Made by a program: the position numbers and the translations under genes. Below are positions 54,513 through 63,780 of a stretch of 64,000 nucleotides of DNA, in pieces. The notes below the pieces were generated by a model. The model was not told the DNA's origin and made no database searches. It was given only the letters and a program-made list of their open reading frames with translations. The DNA comes from Chloroflexota bacterium (GTDB lineage Bacteria > Chloroflexota > Limnocylindria > Limnocylindrales > CSP1-4). The DNA is taken from contig JAUJOH010000003.1 in assembly GCA_030447745.1 (NCBI GenBank), positions 38,727 through 102,726 of the forward strand, read 5' to 3'. Numbering within the stretch: the first letter of the stretch is position 1; each line of letters starts with the position of its first letter.

Positions 54513-55535
54513 TCACGCCCCAACGCGGACCACCCAGCGGCCGCGCGCCCGCCCCGCGACGATCGCATCGAGCGCCGCCTCCAGCGTGTCGAGCGTCACC
54601 TCCGTGACGTCCTCGCCGAGGCCCCGCGGTCGCAGGTCCGTCGCGAGCCGGTTCCACAGCGCACGCCGTTCCTCGATCGGGATCGCCACGGAGTTCATGC
54701 CCAGGACCGCGACGCCGCGGAGGATGAACGGCAGGACCGTCGACGAGAAGCCGGGCCCGCCGGCCTTCCCGCACGAGGCGACCGCGCCGCCCGGCTGGAG
54801 CGTGGCGAGGATGTAGGCCATCGCCGGCCCGCCGACCGCGTCGATCGCACCGGCCCAGCGCGCCGCCGCGAGCGGCTTCGTCCCGGCCGCCTCGAGCTCC
54901 TCGCGCCCCAGCACGCCGACGGCGCCGAGCTCGTGCAGCCTCGCCGCCCCGTCCGGCTTGCCGGTCAGCGCCCAGGCTTCGTAGCCCCGGGCTGCCAGGA
55001 TCCCGACGGCCAGCCGTCCGAGCCCCCCGGACGCTCCGGTCACGAGCACCGGTCCGCTGTCCGGCCGGAGCCCGCGAGCCTCGAGCGCCTCGACGCTCAT
55101 CGCGGCCGTGAAGCCGGCCGTCCCGATCGCCATCGACTGCCGTGTGGTGAGCCGTTCCGGGAGGGGCACGACCCATGCCGCCGGAACGCAGGCGAGCTCG
55201 CCGTAGCCGCCGTGCCAGGCGACGCCGAGGTCGTAGCCGCTGACGAGCACCCGATCGCCGACCCCGAACGAGTCGTCGTCGCTGTGCAGCACGTGACCCG
55301 CGAGGTCGATGCCGGGCACGAGCGGGCTGATCCGGGCGACCTTGCCGTCGGCGCGGGCGGCAAGGCCGTCCTTGTAGTTGACGCCGGACCACTCGACGCG
55401 GACGAGCACGTCTCCCGGGGGCAGGTCGGCGACGGTCAGCTCCCGAACGCCGCGCCGGAAGCCGTCGTCGAGGCGCTCGGCGACGTAGGCGCGGAACGGC
55501 CGAACGGACTCGACGGGCGCGACGGACTCGACCAC
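54513..55535 (-). CDS. NADPH:quinone oxidoreductase / YhdH-AcuI-type MDR reductase
   Basis: GTG at 55535 follows GGAGG. Motifs: ..VRVEWSGVNYKDGLA.. and ..VLVTGASGGLG.. The long ORF-track N-terminus was discarded. Confidence 0.8.
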   Translation of the reverse strand: MVESVAPVESVRPFRAYVAERLDDGFRRGVRELTVADLPPGDVLVRVEWSGVNYKDGLAARADGKVARISPLVPGIDLAGHVLHSDDDSFGVGDRVLVSGYDLGVAWHGGYGELACVPAAWVVPLPERLTTRQSMAIGTAGFTAAMSVEALEARGLRPDSGPVLVTGASGGLGRLAVGILAARGYEAWALTGKPDGAARLHELGAVGVLGREELEAAGTKPLAAARWAGAIDAVGGPAMAYILATLQPGGAVASCGKAGGPGFSSTVLPFILRGVAVLGMNSVAIPIEERRALWNRLATDLRPRGLGEDVTEVTLDTLEAALDAIVAGRARGRWVVRVGA

Positions 55536-55596
55536 GGGCCTCCGATCTGCGCGGCTCAGCGTAACGCGGTGGAGCCCCCGGCCGGGCCGGGTTGCG

Positions 55597-57293
55597 TCAG
55601 ACGCCGAGCGTCGGCCCGCACGCCTCCCGCGCCGCGCGAGCGGCGTCCCACACGGAGCGCCGCGCGGCGTCGACCCGCTCCAGCGCCGCGAACGCCTCCT
55701 CACCCACGGCCCGCTCGACGCCGAGCCTCACGTCGCCGCCCAGCTGCCGCGCCCAGCGCCGACCGAGTCGCCCGGCGTGCAACCCGAGCGTCCAGGCCAC
55801 GATGAACCCCAGCACCACGCCGCCGACCAGCAGCGCGAAAGGGATCGGGACCGGGCCGAAGACCGGCAGGTCAACCGTGTCGACCGGGGGCCGGAACAGG
55901 AACAACAGGACCAGCCACGCCACCGCGATCGCGATGCCGAGTGTCGCGATCCCCTGGAACAGACCGAGGACCGGCCAGACGCGGCTGGACGGCGGCGTCA
56001 TCGGCGTCCGGGCAGCGATCGCACCGTCCACGGCGTCCCGGAGGCGCGCCGTCAGGCGTGGGGTATCGGCCGAGGCGGCAAGCGCCGGGCGGATCCCGGC
56101 CGGCGCGGCGCGAACCGGTGCGTCGACGCTGGTACGGAGAAGGTCGACGGCCGGAGCCAGCGAGCCGCGCTCCGCCCAGCGACGAAGGTAGAGACCCGGA
56201 TCGGCGACCCGCGCCTCACGGCCGCTGGCCCGGTAGAAGAAGGCGGTGATCCGCCCGAGCGGCCCCGCACCGGCCGGCCGCGCGGCGGCGCGCGTCGCGG
56301 CGACCGCCCGCCGTTCGGCACCCGGGAGGTCGATCAACCGCAGCACCTCGTCCCCGGCGCGCTCGAGCGCGCGCCGCCTCGCCGCCGGCTCGAGCACCGA
56401 GCCCGGGTCGGCGCCCGGGTCGACACCCGCCCGAGCGGCCAGGTCGTCGAGAACGGCCCGCACGGAGGCCGCCAGGCGGCCGATCACGACCCGCTTGGCA
56501 TCGACCACGCCGAGCAGCCACTCGCGAACGGCCGCCACATCACCCCCGGCCGCCGTCGTGGTCACCACCCGGACGGCCGATGCGCGCGTGGTGCCGGTGT
56601 CGTCGAGGAGCGACCGTTCGAGATGGCGTCGAACGTTGTCCGCCTGCGCGCCGAGCCGGTCCGCCTTGTTGAGCACCACGAGCTGCCGGTCGAGTCGCGG
56701 CAGCCACCGGCGCAGGAAGTCGTCATGGAGGACGGCGTCCCGATACTTCTCGGGGTCGGTCACCCAGATCACGGCGTCCACCCGTGGCAGCAGCGCCTCG
56801 ACGCGGAGGCGATGCTCGCGCGTGACCGAGTCGAGATCGGGCAGGTCGAGGATCCCGACCGGACCCGTGCCGGCCTCGTCGTGGAGCCGCACGTCCTCCA
56901 CGCCGAGCCACGCGAGCAGCTCGCCGAAGTCCGCCGGGAGGCTCGCGGGATCCAGGCCACGGGGCTGGCCGTGGTCGGCCGGCGCACGGATGCGGCACTC
57001 ACCTCGGCACCGGCCAGGGCGTTCAGCATCGTCGACTTGCCGACGCCCGTGCCGCCCACGAGCGCGACGATCGCCGCCTCGGCCGGGAAGCCGAGCCGCT
57101 CGCCGGCCTCCCGGCGGACCGCCTCCGCCTCGCGCACGTCCAGCCCCAGGAGGCGCGCGGCGTCGGTGGCCGCGTCGAGCTCGGCCAGGCAGCCGGCCAG
57201 ACCGCGCCGCGGCGGCGCGGACGACGAGCGCGCGGCATCGCGCGGCTCGGCCGCCGTGTCGGCTGGCGTGTCGGACGTGACCGACACCGACAC
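55597..57293 (-). pseudogene. dynamin-like GTPase 2 (canonical P-loop), one frameshift
   Basis: ..IVALVGGTGVGKSTMLNALAG..VRRPTTASPVAW reads in one frame. ..ASLPADFGELLAWLGVEDVRLHDEAGTGPVGILDLPDLDS..VVLNKADR.. reads in another, with the shift near 56950. The GTG 57293 start is tentative. Confidence 0.6.
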
Positions 57294-59110
57294 CGCCCTG
57301 GCCCGGGCGGCCCGGGCGGCCCGGGCGGCGGCGTCCGGCCCGAACAGAGACTGGGCCGCACGAGGCTCGGCAGCTCCGGCAGCAGGACCGGTCGCGCGGA
57401 GACGGTGATCGTGGCCGGCAGCCGGCGCACGTCGTCCGCGAGCTCCCTGAGCTCGCCGGCCAGCCCGCGCAGGACGGCCGGGTCCGGGACGAGGGAGTCG
57501 AACCGCGCCAGCTCGTCGCGGAACGTGTCGCTCAGCACCTCGACCAGTCGCTGCCGCGCACGCTGGATCATCTCGACCATCGCCGCCTCGCCGAAGAGCG
57601 CGGACAGCAGCTTCTGGTTGACGAAGCCCGTGGCCGCCGCGATGCCGACCTCGGCCCCGGTCAGACCGCCGGTATGCGAGAACGTCGCCAGCATCACGCC
57701 GACACCGGTTGCGTTGACGCCCAGCGATGCGCCGCGCGCCAGCGTCCGCTTCGGCCCGCCGGTCGTTCGTACGTCCTCCGCGATCGAGTCGACCCACGCC
57801 CGAAGCCGCTCGCCAAGCCGGTCCTCCAGATCGTCCGAGACGGTCCACGCTTCCGGGTTGGACTCGAGCGCGCGCGCCGCCGTCGGCTCCTCCGCCCACG
57901 CGGTCGAGGTCCGACGAGCGGCCTCGGCGAGCCGGACACGCGCCAGCGCCACCAGATCGTCCAGCGTCTGGTCGCGCACCTCGGCCACCGGCGCCTCCTG
58001 CCGCCCGCGGACGAACGAGCTGATCGCGCCACGGACGCGCCCGATCCCGGTCGCGAACATCCGGGTCAGCTCGTCCGCGCCCACGAACTCCTGCCACTGC
58101 CGCAGCGCCTCGGCGCGCAGGAAGGTCCCGCGCGAGAGATCGTCGCGGAGGCCGGCGAGCTCGCGCTCGTAGGCGTCCGTTGCCAGGCGTCGGAGCCGGT
58201 CGGCGTCGATCGCGCCGTGCTCGAGGTCGTCCGCGATCGTCCGGAGCTGCGGCTCCAGACCGGCGAGCGCTCCGCCGAGCGCACGGGCCGCCAGTCCGAG
58301 CCGCGCCTCGCGATCCGCCGCCAGAGCGGCGATCCGGTCGCGCAACGGCTGGATCGCCTCCGCCGCGAGACCGTCGACCGCGTGATCGAGCGACCCCTCC
58401 GTCACGGCGAGCAGCTCGAGTGGCTGGTCGCCGCCGCCGAGTCCGCCCTGCTCAAAGAGCCGGCGGACGTCCTCGAGGACGATCGTCCGGGCATCCTCGC
58501 CGGGCGGCATCCGGTTGACGACGGCCGTCAGGGGGAGCCCCCGCTCGCGGACGCGTCCCAGCACTTCCCACGGCACGCGGTCCGCGTACCGGGTGGCGGT
58601 GGTGACGAAGACGGCGAGGTCCGCGGCCTCGACGAGGCGATCCGTCAGCTCCCGGTTTGCGTGCTCGACCGAGTCGACGTCCGGGGCGTCGACGAGAATC
58701 ACGCCCTCCGGGGCCGCCTCGTCCACGAGCAGCCGGACCTGGTCAGAGCCGAGTCCCGCCAGCGGTCCGCCCGGGCCGGTGAGGCTGTCCCGGTCCTCCG
58801 GCCGCAGCAGCGCGACGAGCTCGCGGGTCGTGGGACGCAGGACGCCCGTCCGGCTCGACGCGCGACCGACGAGTGTGTTGAACAGCGACGAATTGCCGGC
58901 GCCTGTGGGACCTAGGAGCATCACCAGGAGCGGCGCCTCGAGGCTCCTCGCCCGCGGCCGGATGTGGCTGGCGAGGTGGTCGCGGAGCTGCCGGACGCGG
59001 CGCGCCGCGGCGTCCGTGGGCGACTCGACGGCGGCGACCCGATCGAGCACCCCGTCGACGCGCTCGACGAGCGTCACGAGGAGCGAGGCGTCGGGCGAGG
59101 ATCGGGGCAT
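57023..59110 (-). CDS. dynamin-like GTPase 1 (degenerate P-loop); 3' end uncertain
   Basis: Trimmed to MPRSSPDASLL. The G1 motif reads GPTGAGNSS (Asn where the invariant Lys is expected), followed by ..LRPTT.., ..VDAPDVDS.. and ..VVNRMP.. There is no in-frame stop until 57023. The last ~270 nt therefore overlap GTPase 2 and probably do not reflect the real C-terminus. Confidence 0.65.
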   Translation of the reverse strand: MPRSSPDASLLVTLVERVDGVLDRVAAVESPTDAAARRVRQLRDHLASHIRPRARSLEAPLLVMLLGPTGAGNSSLFNTLVGRASSRTGVLRPTTRELVALLRPEDRDSLTGPGGPLAGLGSDQVRLLVDEAAPEGVILVDAPDVDSVEHANRELTDRLVEAADLAVFVTTATRYADRVPWEVLGRVRERGLPLTAVVNRMPPGEDARTIVLEDVRRLFEQGGLGGGDQPLELLAVTEGSLDHAVDGLAAEAIQPLRDRIAALAADREARLGLAARALGGALAGLEPQLRTIADDLEHGAIDADRLRRLATDAYERELAGLRDDLSRGTFLRAEALRQWQEFVGADELTRMFATGIGRVRGAISSFVRGRQEAPVAEVRDQTLDDLVALARVRLAEAARRTSTAWAEEPTAARALESNPEAWTVSDDLEDRLGERLRAWVDSIAEDVRTTGGPKRTLARGASLGVNATGVGVMLATFSHTGGLTGAEVGIAAATGFVNQKLLSALFGEAAMVEMIQRARQRLVEVLSDTFRDELARFDSLVPDPAVLRGLAGELRELADDVRRLPATITVSARPVLLPELPSLVRPSLCSGRTPPPGPPGPPGPGRCRCRSRPTRQPTRRPSRAMPRARRPRRRGAVWPAAWPSSTRPPTPRASWGWTCARRRRSAGRPASGSASRPRRRSSRSWAARASASRRC
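57301..57327. repeat. 3 x 9-bp exact tandem repeat (gcccgggcg) at the junction of the two GTPase genes
   Basis: Read directly. It encodes PPGPPGPPG in the GTPase-1 frame and AARAARAAR in the GTPase-2 frame. Confidence 0.9.
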
Positions 59111-59313
59111 CGGTCTCCGAGCGGGGCGGCCCACGACGGGCCGGGTCGTCACCGTAGCGGAGGTCCCGCTCAGTGTGAACCGGCGGTCGCTCGGGCCCCG
59201 TTGCAGGGCGGTTGCGAACGCGGGCGACACGCGGCCTGGACTGGACCGCTGCGCGGTGCTGCGCTGCCAGCCGTCCGCAACGCTCGTCGATGCCCGCGAG
59301 ATGCGCTGATACG

Positions 59314-60573
59314 ATGCCGGCGATGTCGACAGTCGACGAACCGTCCGTGGAACGGCCCGTCGCGGACGGGCTGCGCTCGTCCACCACCGCGCAGCTGATC
59401 GTGGACATCGCCACGGCGGCCGCGGGCGAGCGGGAGCTGGACTCGATCCTCCACGAGACACTCGATCGGCTGGCCGCGGTCGTCCCGCTGACCGGGGGAT
59501 CGATCGCGCTCGTCGAGGGCGATCAGCTCGTGATCCGGGCAGCGGTCGGACCGTTCGCGTCCGAGGCCCTCGGCCAGCGGGTGCCGCGCGGTCCGAGCCG
59601 CAGCTGGCGCGTCGTCGAGACCCTCGAGCCGTATCTGTCCGGCGACGTTGACGCGGCGGGCCTCGCCGCGACTGGTCCCGCGGCCGGAGCGGCCATCCGG
59701 TCCTGGCTCGCGGTCCCAATCGTGCGGCGCGGTCACGGGATCGGGCTGCTGGAGATCGATTCCGCGGAGCCGAGCGCGTTCGAGCACGCGGACATGGAGC
59801 TGCTCTCGACGGTGGTCCGGGCGCTGTCCGGGCCGATCGAGCTTGCCGGCCACTATGCCGAGGAGCAGCGCGGAGCGGCCCTGCGCGATGCCTTCATCGG
59901 CGTCATCAGCCACGAGCTCAGGACGCCGATCACGACGATCTACGGGCTGACCAAGATGCTCCGGCAGCGACTCGAGACCCTCGCACCCGCGGTCCGGGAC
60001 CAGGCGCTGGACGACGTCGAGGCCGAGGCGGACCGGCTCTACCGGCTGGTCGAGGACCTCCTCGTCCTGAGCCGCGCCGAGCGCGGGCGGGTCGAGATCG
60101 CCGACGAGCCGCTGCTGATGGACAAGGTGCTGCGCCACGCCGTGCGGGCTGAGGCGGGGCGGTGGCCCACCCGGTCCATCCGGCTCAGTCTCGAGCCGCA
60201 CCTGCCACTCGTTCTGGGCGAGGCGACGTACGTCGAGCAGGTGACGCGGAACCTGCTGTCGAATGCGGCCAAGTACAGCCCGGCCGGCTCGTCCGTCGAC
60301 GTGCACGCCGGGCACGACCAGGACGAGGTCGTCGTTCGGGTGCTCGATACCGGCATCGGCGTCGAGCCGGACGAGCAGGCGCAGCTGTTCGAGCTGTTCT
60401 ACCGATCGCCGGCGGCCAGCCGCCAGGCGGCCGGGGCTGGCATCGGGCTCTTCGTCTGCCGACAGCTGGTCGAGGCGATGGGTGGGCGGATCTGGGCCGC
60501 CGCGAGGTCGGGCGGCGGGTCGGAGTTCGGATTCGCGCTCCCCGCCCACGTCGAGGACGTCCGGGTCGACTAG
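59314..60573 (+). CDS. GAF-domain sensor histidine kinase
   Basis: GAF-like N-terminus, H-box ISHELRTPITTI, N-box NLLSNAAKYS and G-boxes DTGIGV / GAGIGL. No response regulator is adjacent. Confidence 0.85.
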   Translation: MPAMSTVDEPSVERPVADGLRSSTTAQLIVDIATAAAGERELDSILHETLDRLAAVVPLTGGSIALVEGDQLVIRAAVGPFASEALGQRVPRGPSRSWRVVETLEPYLSGDVDAAGLAATGPAAGAAIRSWLAVPIVRRGHGIGLLEIDSAEPSAFEHADMELLSTVVRALSGPIELAGHYAEEQRGAALRDAFIGVISHELRTPITTIYGLTKMLRQRLETLAPAVRDQALDDVEAEADRLYRLVEDLLVLSRAERGRVEIADEPLLMDKVLRHAVRAEAGRWPTRSIRLSLEPHLPLVLGEATYVEQVTRNLLSNAAKYSPAGSSVDVHAGHDQDEVVVRVLDTGIGVEPDEQAQLFELFYRSPAASRQAAGAGIGLFVCRQLVEAMGGRIWAAARSGGGSEFGFALPAHVEDVRVD

Positions 60574-60658
60574 GCCCGCACGCCTCGCCCCGGAGTCCGG
60601 CGCCTCGATCGCTGCGCATGGCCGGTGCTGTGGGCGGGTGGCGCGGGCCAGGGCCGGC

Positions 60659-61426
60659 TTACTGCACCTCCTCCCCGGCTGGCCCGCGTTGGTCCTGGCC
60701 GACGAAGTGGCTGGCCAGGATCGCGGTGAGGTAGCCGAAGACGGCCAGGCCGTACACGGAGAGCAGCCATCCGAACAGGCGTCCCTCGGCTGTTCGGGGC
60801 TCGGCGGTGGGACCCGTGGTCATCGTGTTGGCCGTCCACCACAGCGCGGAGCCGTAGTCCTCGAACGCCGAGTCGGGCGCTCCGGGCTCCGCGGTGCTCG
60901 GCCCGTCAGGCGCCTCGAAGAAGGACATGGCGGCGGCCCCGACGACGATGACGAGTGCCGTGGCCGCCACGACGTACCGGACTCCGCGTCGTTCAGCGGT
61001 GCGGCCGAGCGCGCCGAGCCCGCGATTGAGCGAGGTGACCACGCGCAGCAGGCCCACGGAGCGCGCAACGCGGGCCGCACGCAGAAAGCGCAAGGCGCTC
61101 GCGACCCGCAGGATCCTGAACGCCGGCAGGATCAGCGACAGGACAGTCAGCCAGTTGGACTTGACATACGCGATCTTGCTCGGCGCGATCAGGAGCTTGA
61201 TCAGGAAGTCAATGCCGAAGACCAGCCAGATCGCCCAGACGAGCACCTCGAGCGAGCGAGGCAGACCACGGTTGACGAGATCGGCGACGAGGAGCGTGAT
61301 CCACACGGCGGACAGCGCGACCATGACCGGCTCGAGCGTCCGCGTGACTCGCGACAGGAGTCCCCAGCGCTCGTCTCGGAGCGCGGCCGCGACGTCGAGA
61401 TCGGCGCCCGGGACGTCGTCGGTCAA
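60659..61426 (-). CDS. 6TM voltage-sensor-type cation channel with non-canonical pore
   Basis: S4-like RILRVASALRFLRAARVARSVGLLR. The pore helix and filter read ALWWTANTMTTGPTAEP, where K+ channels have TTVGYGD. Confidence 0.75.
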   Translation of the reverse strand: MTDDVPGADLDVAAALRDERWGLLSRVTRTLEPVMVALSAVWITLLVADLVNRGLPRSLEVLVWAIWLVFGIDFLIKLLIAPSKIAYVKSNWLTVLSLILPAFRILRVASALRFLRAARVARSVGLLRVVTSLNRGLGALGRTAERRGVRYVVAATALVIVVGAAAMSFFEAPDGPSTAEPGAPDSAFEDYGSALWWTANTMTTGPTAEPRTAEGRLFGWLLSVYGLAVFGYLTAILASHFVGQDQRGPAGEEVQ

Positions 61427-61491
61427 TCCGACCTCCGCCTCGCGGCCCGCTCGTCCCCGGGACCGGCGAGGGCCACCACGAGCATCACGGT

Positions 61492-62808
61492 CTACTCACC
61501 CCGGTCGTCCGGCGGTCCCTGGCCGCGCGCGCTCCCCGTCTCTGCCCAGGCTCGATCTCGACGATCCGGAAAGTCGCGCGCGATCGCCCGGTCGAGCCGG
61601 GCGAGCTGGTCCATCAGGCTGCCGCTGCGCTCAGCAGGAGCGATGGACAGGAGGTCACGCAGGGCATGAGCCAGGCGGCGCATGACCTGGATATGGCCCG
61701 CGCCGTAGAGGCGCAGCTCGTCGAATGCCAGCGCGACGTAGTCGTCCCATTGCGGCCCGTTCGCGATCAGTCGGACGGTTCCCGCCTCGTCGCGCGTCAG
61801 CGCCGGCGGAAAGGGGCGCCGCACCAGCTGGCGCAGCAGGTCATGGACCTGGTCGATCGCCTGGACGGCCGTCGTCGGGTCGTTCGTGCCGGGCGACAGG
61901 GCGCGCGCCCCGATGTCGACGAGCTGCCGGAAGCCGAAGGCAACGTCCTGCTGCAGCGTACGCTCCACCTCGAACCAGGCATGGCGTCGCACTCGATCGG
62001 CCATCGCGGATCCCGAGGCCTCTTCGCTGGGCTCCTGACCGTAGATCAGGAACAGGGGGGCGGCAGCCGGCACGAAGTCCCCGACCATCGGCACGACCTC
62101 GATCGCGATGTTCGCCTCGACGGCCGCCTTGACCAGCCCGTCGGTGTCGACAGCGACGAGCGTACCGCCCTCGCCCGCCTCGACGACGCCGATCCGCGGC
62201 CCGACCCCGGTTCTGTCCGCGTCCGACTGCTCGTCCGGCGCGTCTGGCGGGTAGTGTCGGTCGATCGCCGCGCGTGTCTCTGTGCCGATGGTGCTGATGA
62301 CCGTGCTGGCGCGGATCAAGTGCGCCATGTGGTCGATATAGATGACGAAGGCAGCGATGCTCGCGACGAGGAGTGCGAACGCGGCCCAGATCGACAGCTC
62401 CGGCACGAACGGCTCGCTGGTGGCGCTGGAGCGGACCTCGCGAAGCACGAGGAGCGTGAACAGGAACGTCGCGATGAACAGTCCCAGAACGGCCTGGTTC
62501 TGCCGGTCGCGGAGAAACGTTCGCATGACGCGAGGCGACAGCTGGTTGGCGGCGAGCTGGAGGACGAGCATCGTGATCGTGAAGACGAGGCCGGTGAACG
62601 TCAGCATCGACTGGGCGATCGTCGACAGGACGTCGCGCGCGGCGTCGGCCGTGCCGCCGAAGCGGAAGAGCGTCTGCCCCTCGTCGACCAGGCGCCGGTC
62701 GACGGCGAGCAGCACCAGGGCGCCGATCGTCGCTCCCAGCGCGAACACACCCGGGATGAACCACAAGCTCAGCCGCAGCCGCTCGCGGACCGTGTCAAGG
62801 AGTTCCAA
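61492..62808 (-). CDS. DUF2254 family membrane protein
   Basis: The N-terminus MELLDTVRERLRLSLWFIPG.. has 4 TM segments plus a soluble C-terminal domain, which is typical of DUF2254. Confidence 0.75.
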   Translation of the reverse strand: MELLDTVRERLRLSLWFIPGVFALGATIGALVLLAVDRRLVDEGQTLFRFGGTADAARDVLSTIAQSMLTFTGLVFTITMLVLQLAANQLSPRVMRTFLRDRQNQAVLGLFIATFLFTLLVLREVRSSATSEPFVPELSIWAAFALLVASIAAFVIYIDHMAHLIRASTVISTIGTETRAAIDRHYPPDAPDEQSDADRTGVGPRIGVVEAGEGGTLVAVDTDGLVKAAVEANIAIEVVPMVGDFVPAAAPLFLIYGQEPSEEASGSAMADRVRRHAWFEVERTLQQDVAFGFRQLVDIGARALSPGTNDPTTAVQAIDQVHDLLRQLVRRPFPPALTRDEAGTVRLIANGPQWDDYVALAFDELRLYGAGHIQVMRRLAHALRDLLSIAPAERSGSLMDQLARLDRAIARDFPDRRDRAWAETGSARGQGPPDDRGE

Positions 62809-63077
62809 CGTTCAGCGCTGCTCGCCCAGTCCGGCGGCCGACGCGTGCGCGACCGGCCGCCTCGCTGCCACGATGCCTTCCCGTCGAGCTTCACTGCGGG
62901 CCTGAAACTGAGATCGTGCGGCCACGACGGCGAAGTTCCCGGCACCATCGGCCGCGTCGACGTTTCCCTTCAAGTGCAAGCCCTCCTGCCCGTCCGTCGC
63001 ATCGACCCCTCCGTCGCCGACCGATGGTCGCCTCGCCGATCGATACTCGCCCCTCGAGCGGCGAGTGGCGACTGGGG

Positions 63078-63083
63078 TATATT
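63078..63083 (+). promoter_or_regulatory. candidate -10 box TATATT for tRNA-Gln
   Basis: This is the only AT hexamer in the region, 12 nt upstream of the tRNA 5' end. The -35 match is weak (TCGAGC). Confidence 0.3.
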
Positions 63084-63095
63084 CGGCGCTGTCAC

Positions 63096-63170
63096 TGGCG
63101 AGTGGCCAAACGGTAAGGCACCTGACTCTGGATCAGGGGATTGAAGGTTCGAATCCTTCCTCGCCAGCCA
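63096..63170 (+). tRNA. tRNA-Gln (anticodon CTG)
   Basis: Cloverleaf folded by hand. Acceptor TGGCGAG/CTCGCCA with U1:A72 and G73, D arm GCC-AAACGGTAA-GGC, anticodon arm CCTGA-CTCTGGA-TCAGG, T arm GAAGG-TTCGAAT-CCTTC, and an encoded CCA. Confidence 0.9.
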
Positions 63171-63780
63171 ACCTACAACGTCTAGAGCAAGGCAGACGCT
63201 GAACCACCGGATGCTGGGGTTTCGACCTCTCTCGGAAGGAGCGCCGAGGAGGCGATCGGTGGCTACTTCGCCTGACCCCTTCCCGGTTTGTTCCTGAGTC
63301 TGGGCGTCCGGCGCCCGGTTCGCTTGATTCTCGGGCTCACTCGATGCGTTCGCGGTGAGCCTTGGGGCGGCCGTAGATCTGTTGATCGCGGCAAGCGCGG
63401 CGAGGGCGCGTCCGAGCGGGCTCGTTTGCGTTCGTCGGCAGCTCGTCCAGGACCGGGCCCGGCATGGCCCCATAGGAGCGTGGCTCACTCAGCCCACAGC
63501 TGCCCGCCTGGCCCTCACCCATCGTACGCATGAGGTGGATCCGCTCCACGCCGCCGAGGTCACGCAGCGAGGCCAGCAGCGCGGCGAACGCGGCGGGCTC
63601 GTCGGGAAACGCGCCTCGGCCCGGCTGGCTGACCTCGTCGGCGACACCCGCTTGGAGGGTCGCCTTGTGGGTCCGATCCCGACCGCCCTCATGCCACCGC
63701 TCCTCGCTCCGTGGAGCGGAACATCCCGCGGCGGCCGCCAGCGCTTCCCCGAACGCCCCGGAGGCAGCGAGCTCGCCGAT

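Noticed and set aside
63171-63780. Region downstream of tRNA-Gln examined for an integrated element (integrase, att repeat). ORFs 63337..63549 and 63489..63872 were also considered.
   Set aside because: There is no integrase-like sequence and no direct repeat of the tRNA 3' end. The open frame after 63781 is just the continuation of the CoA-transferase frame past its TAG, with no recognisable domain further on.
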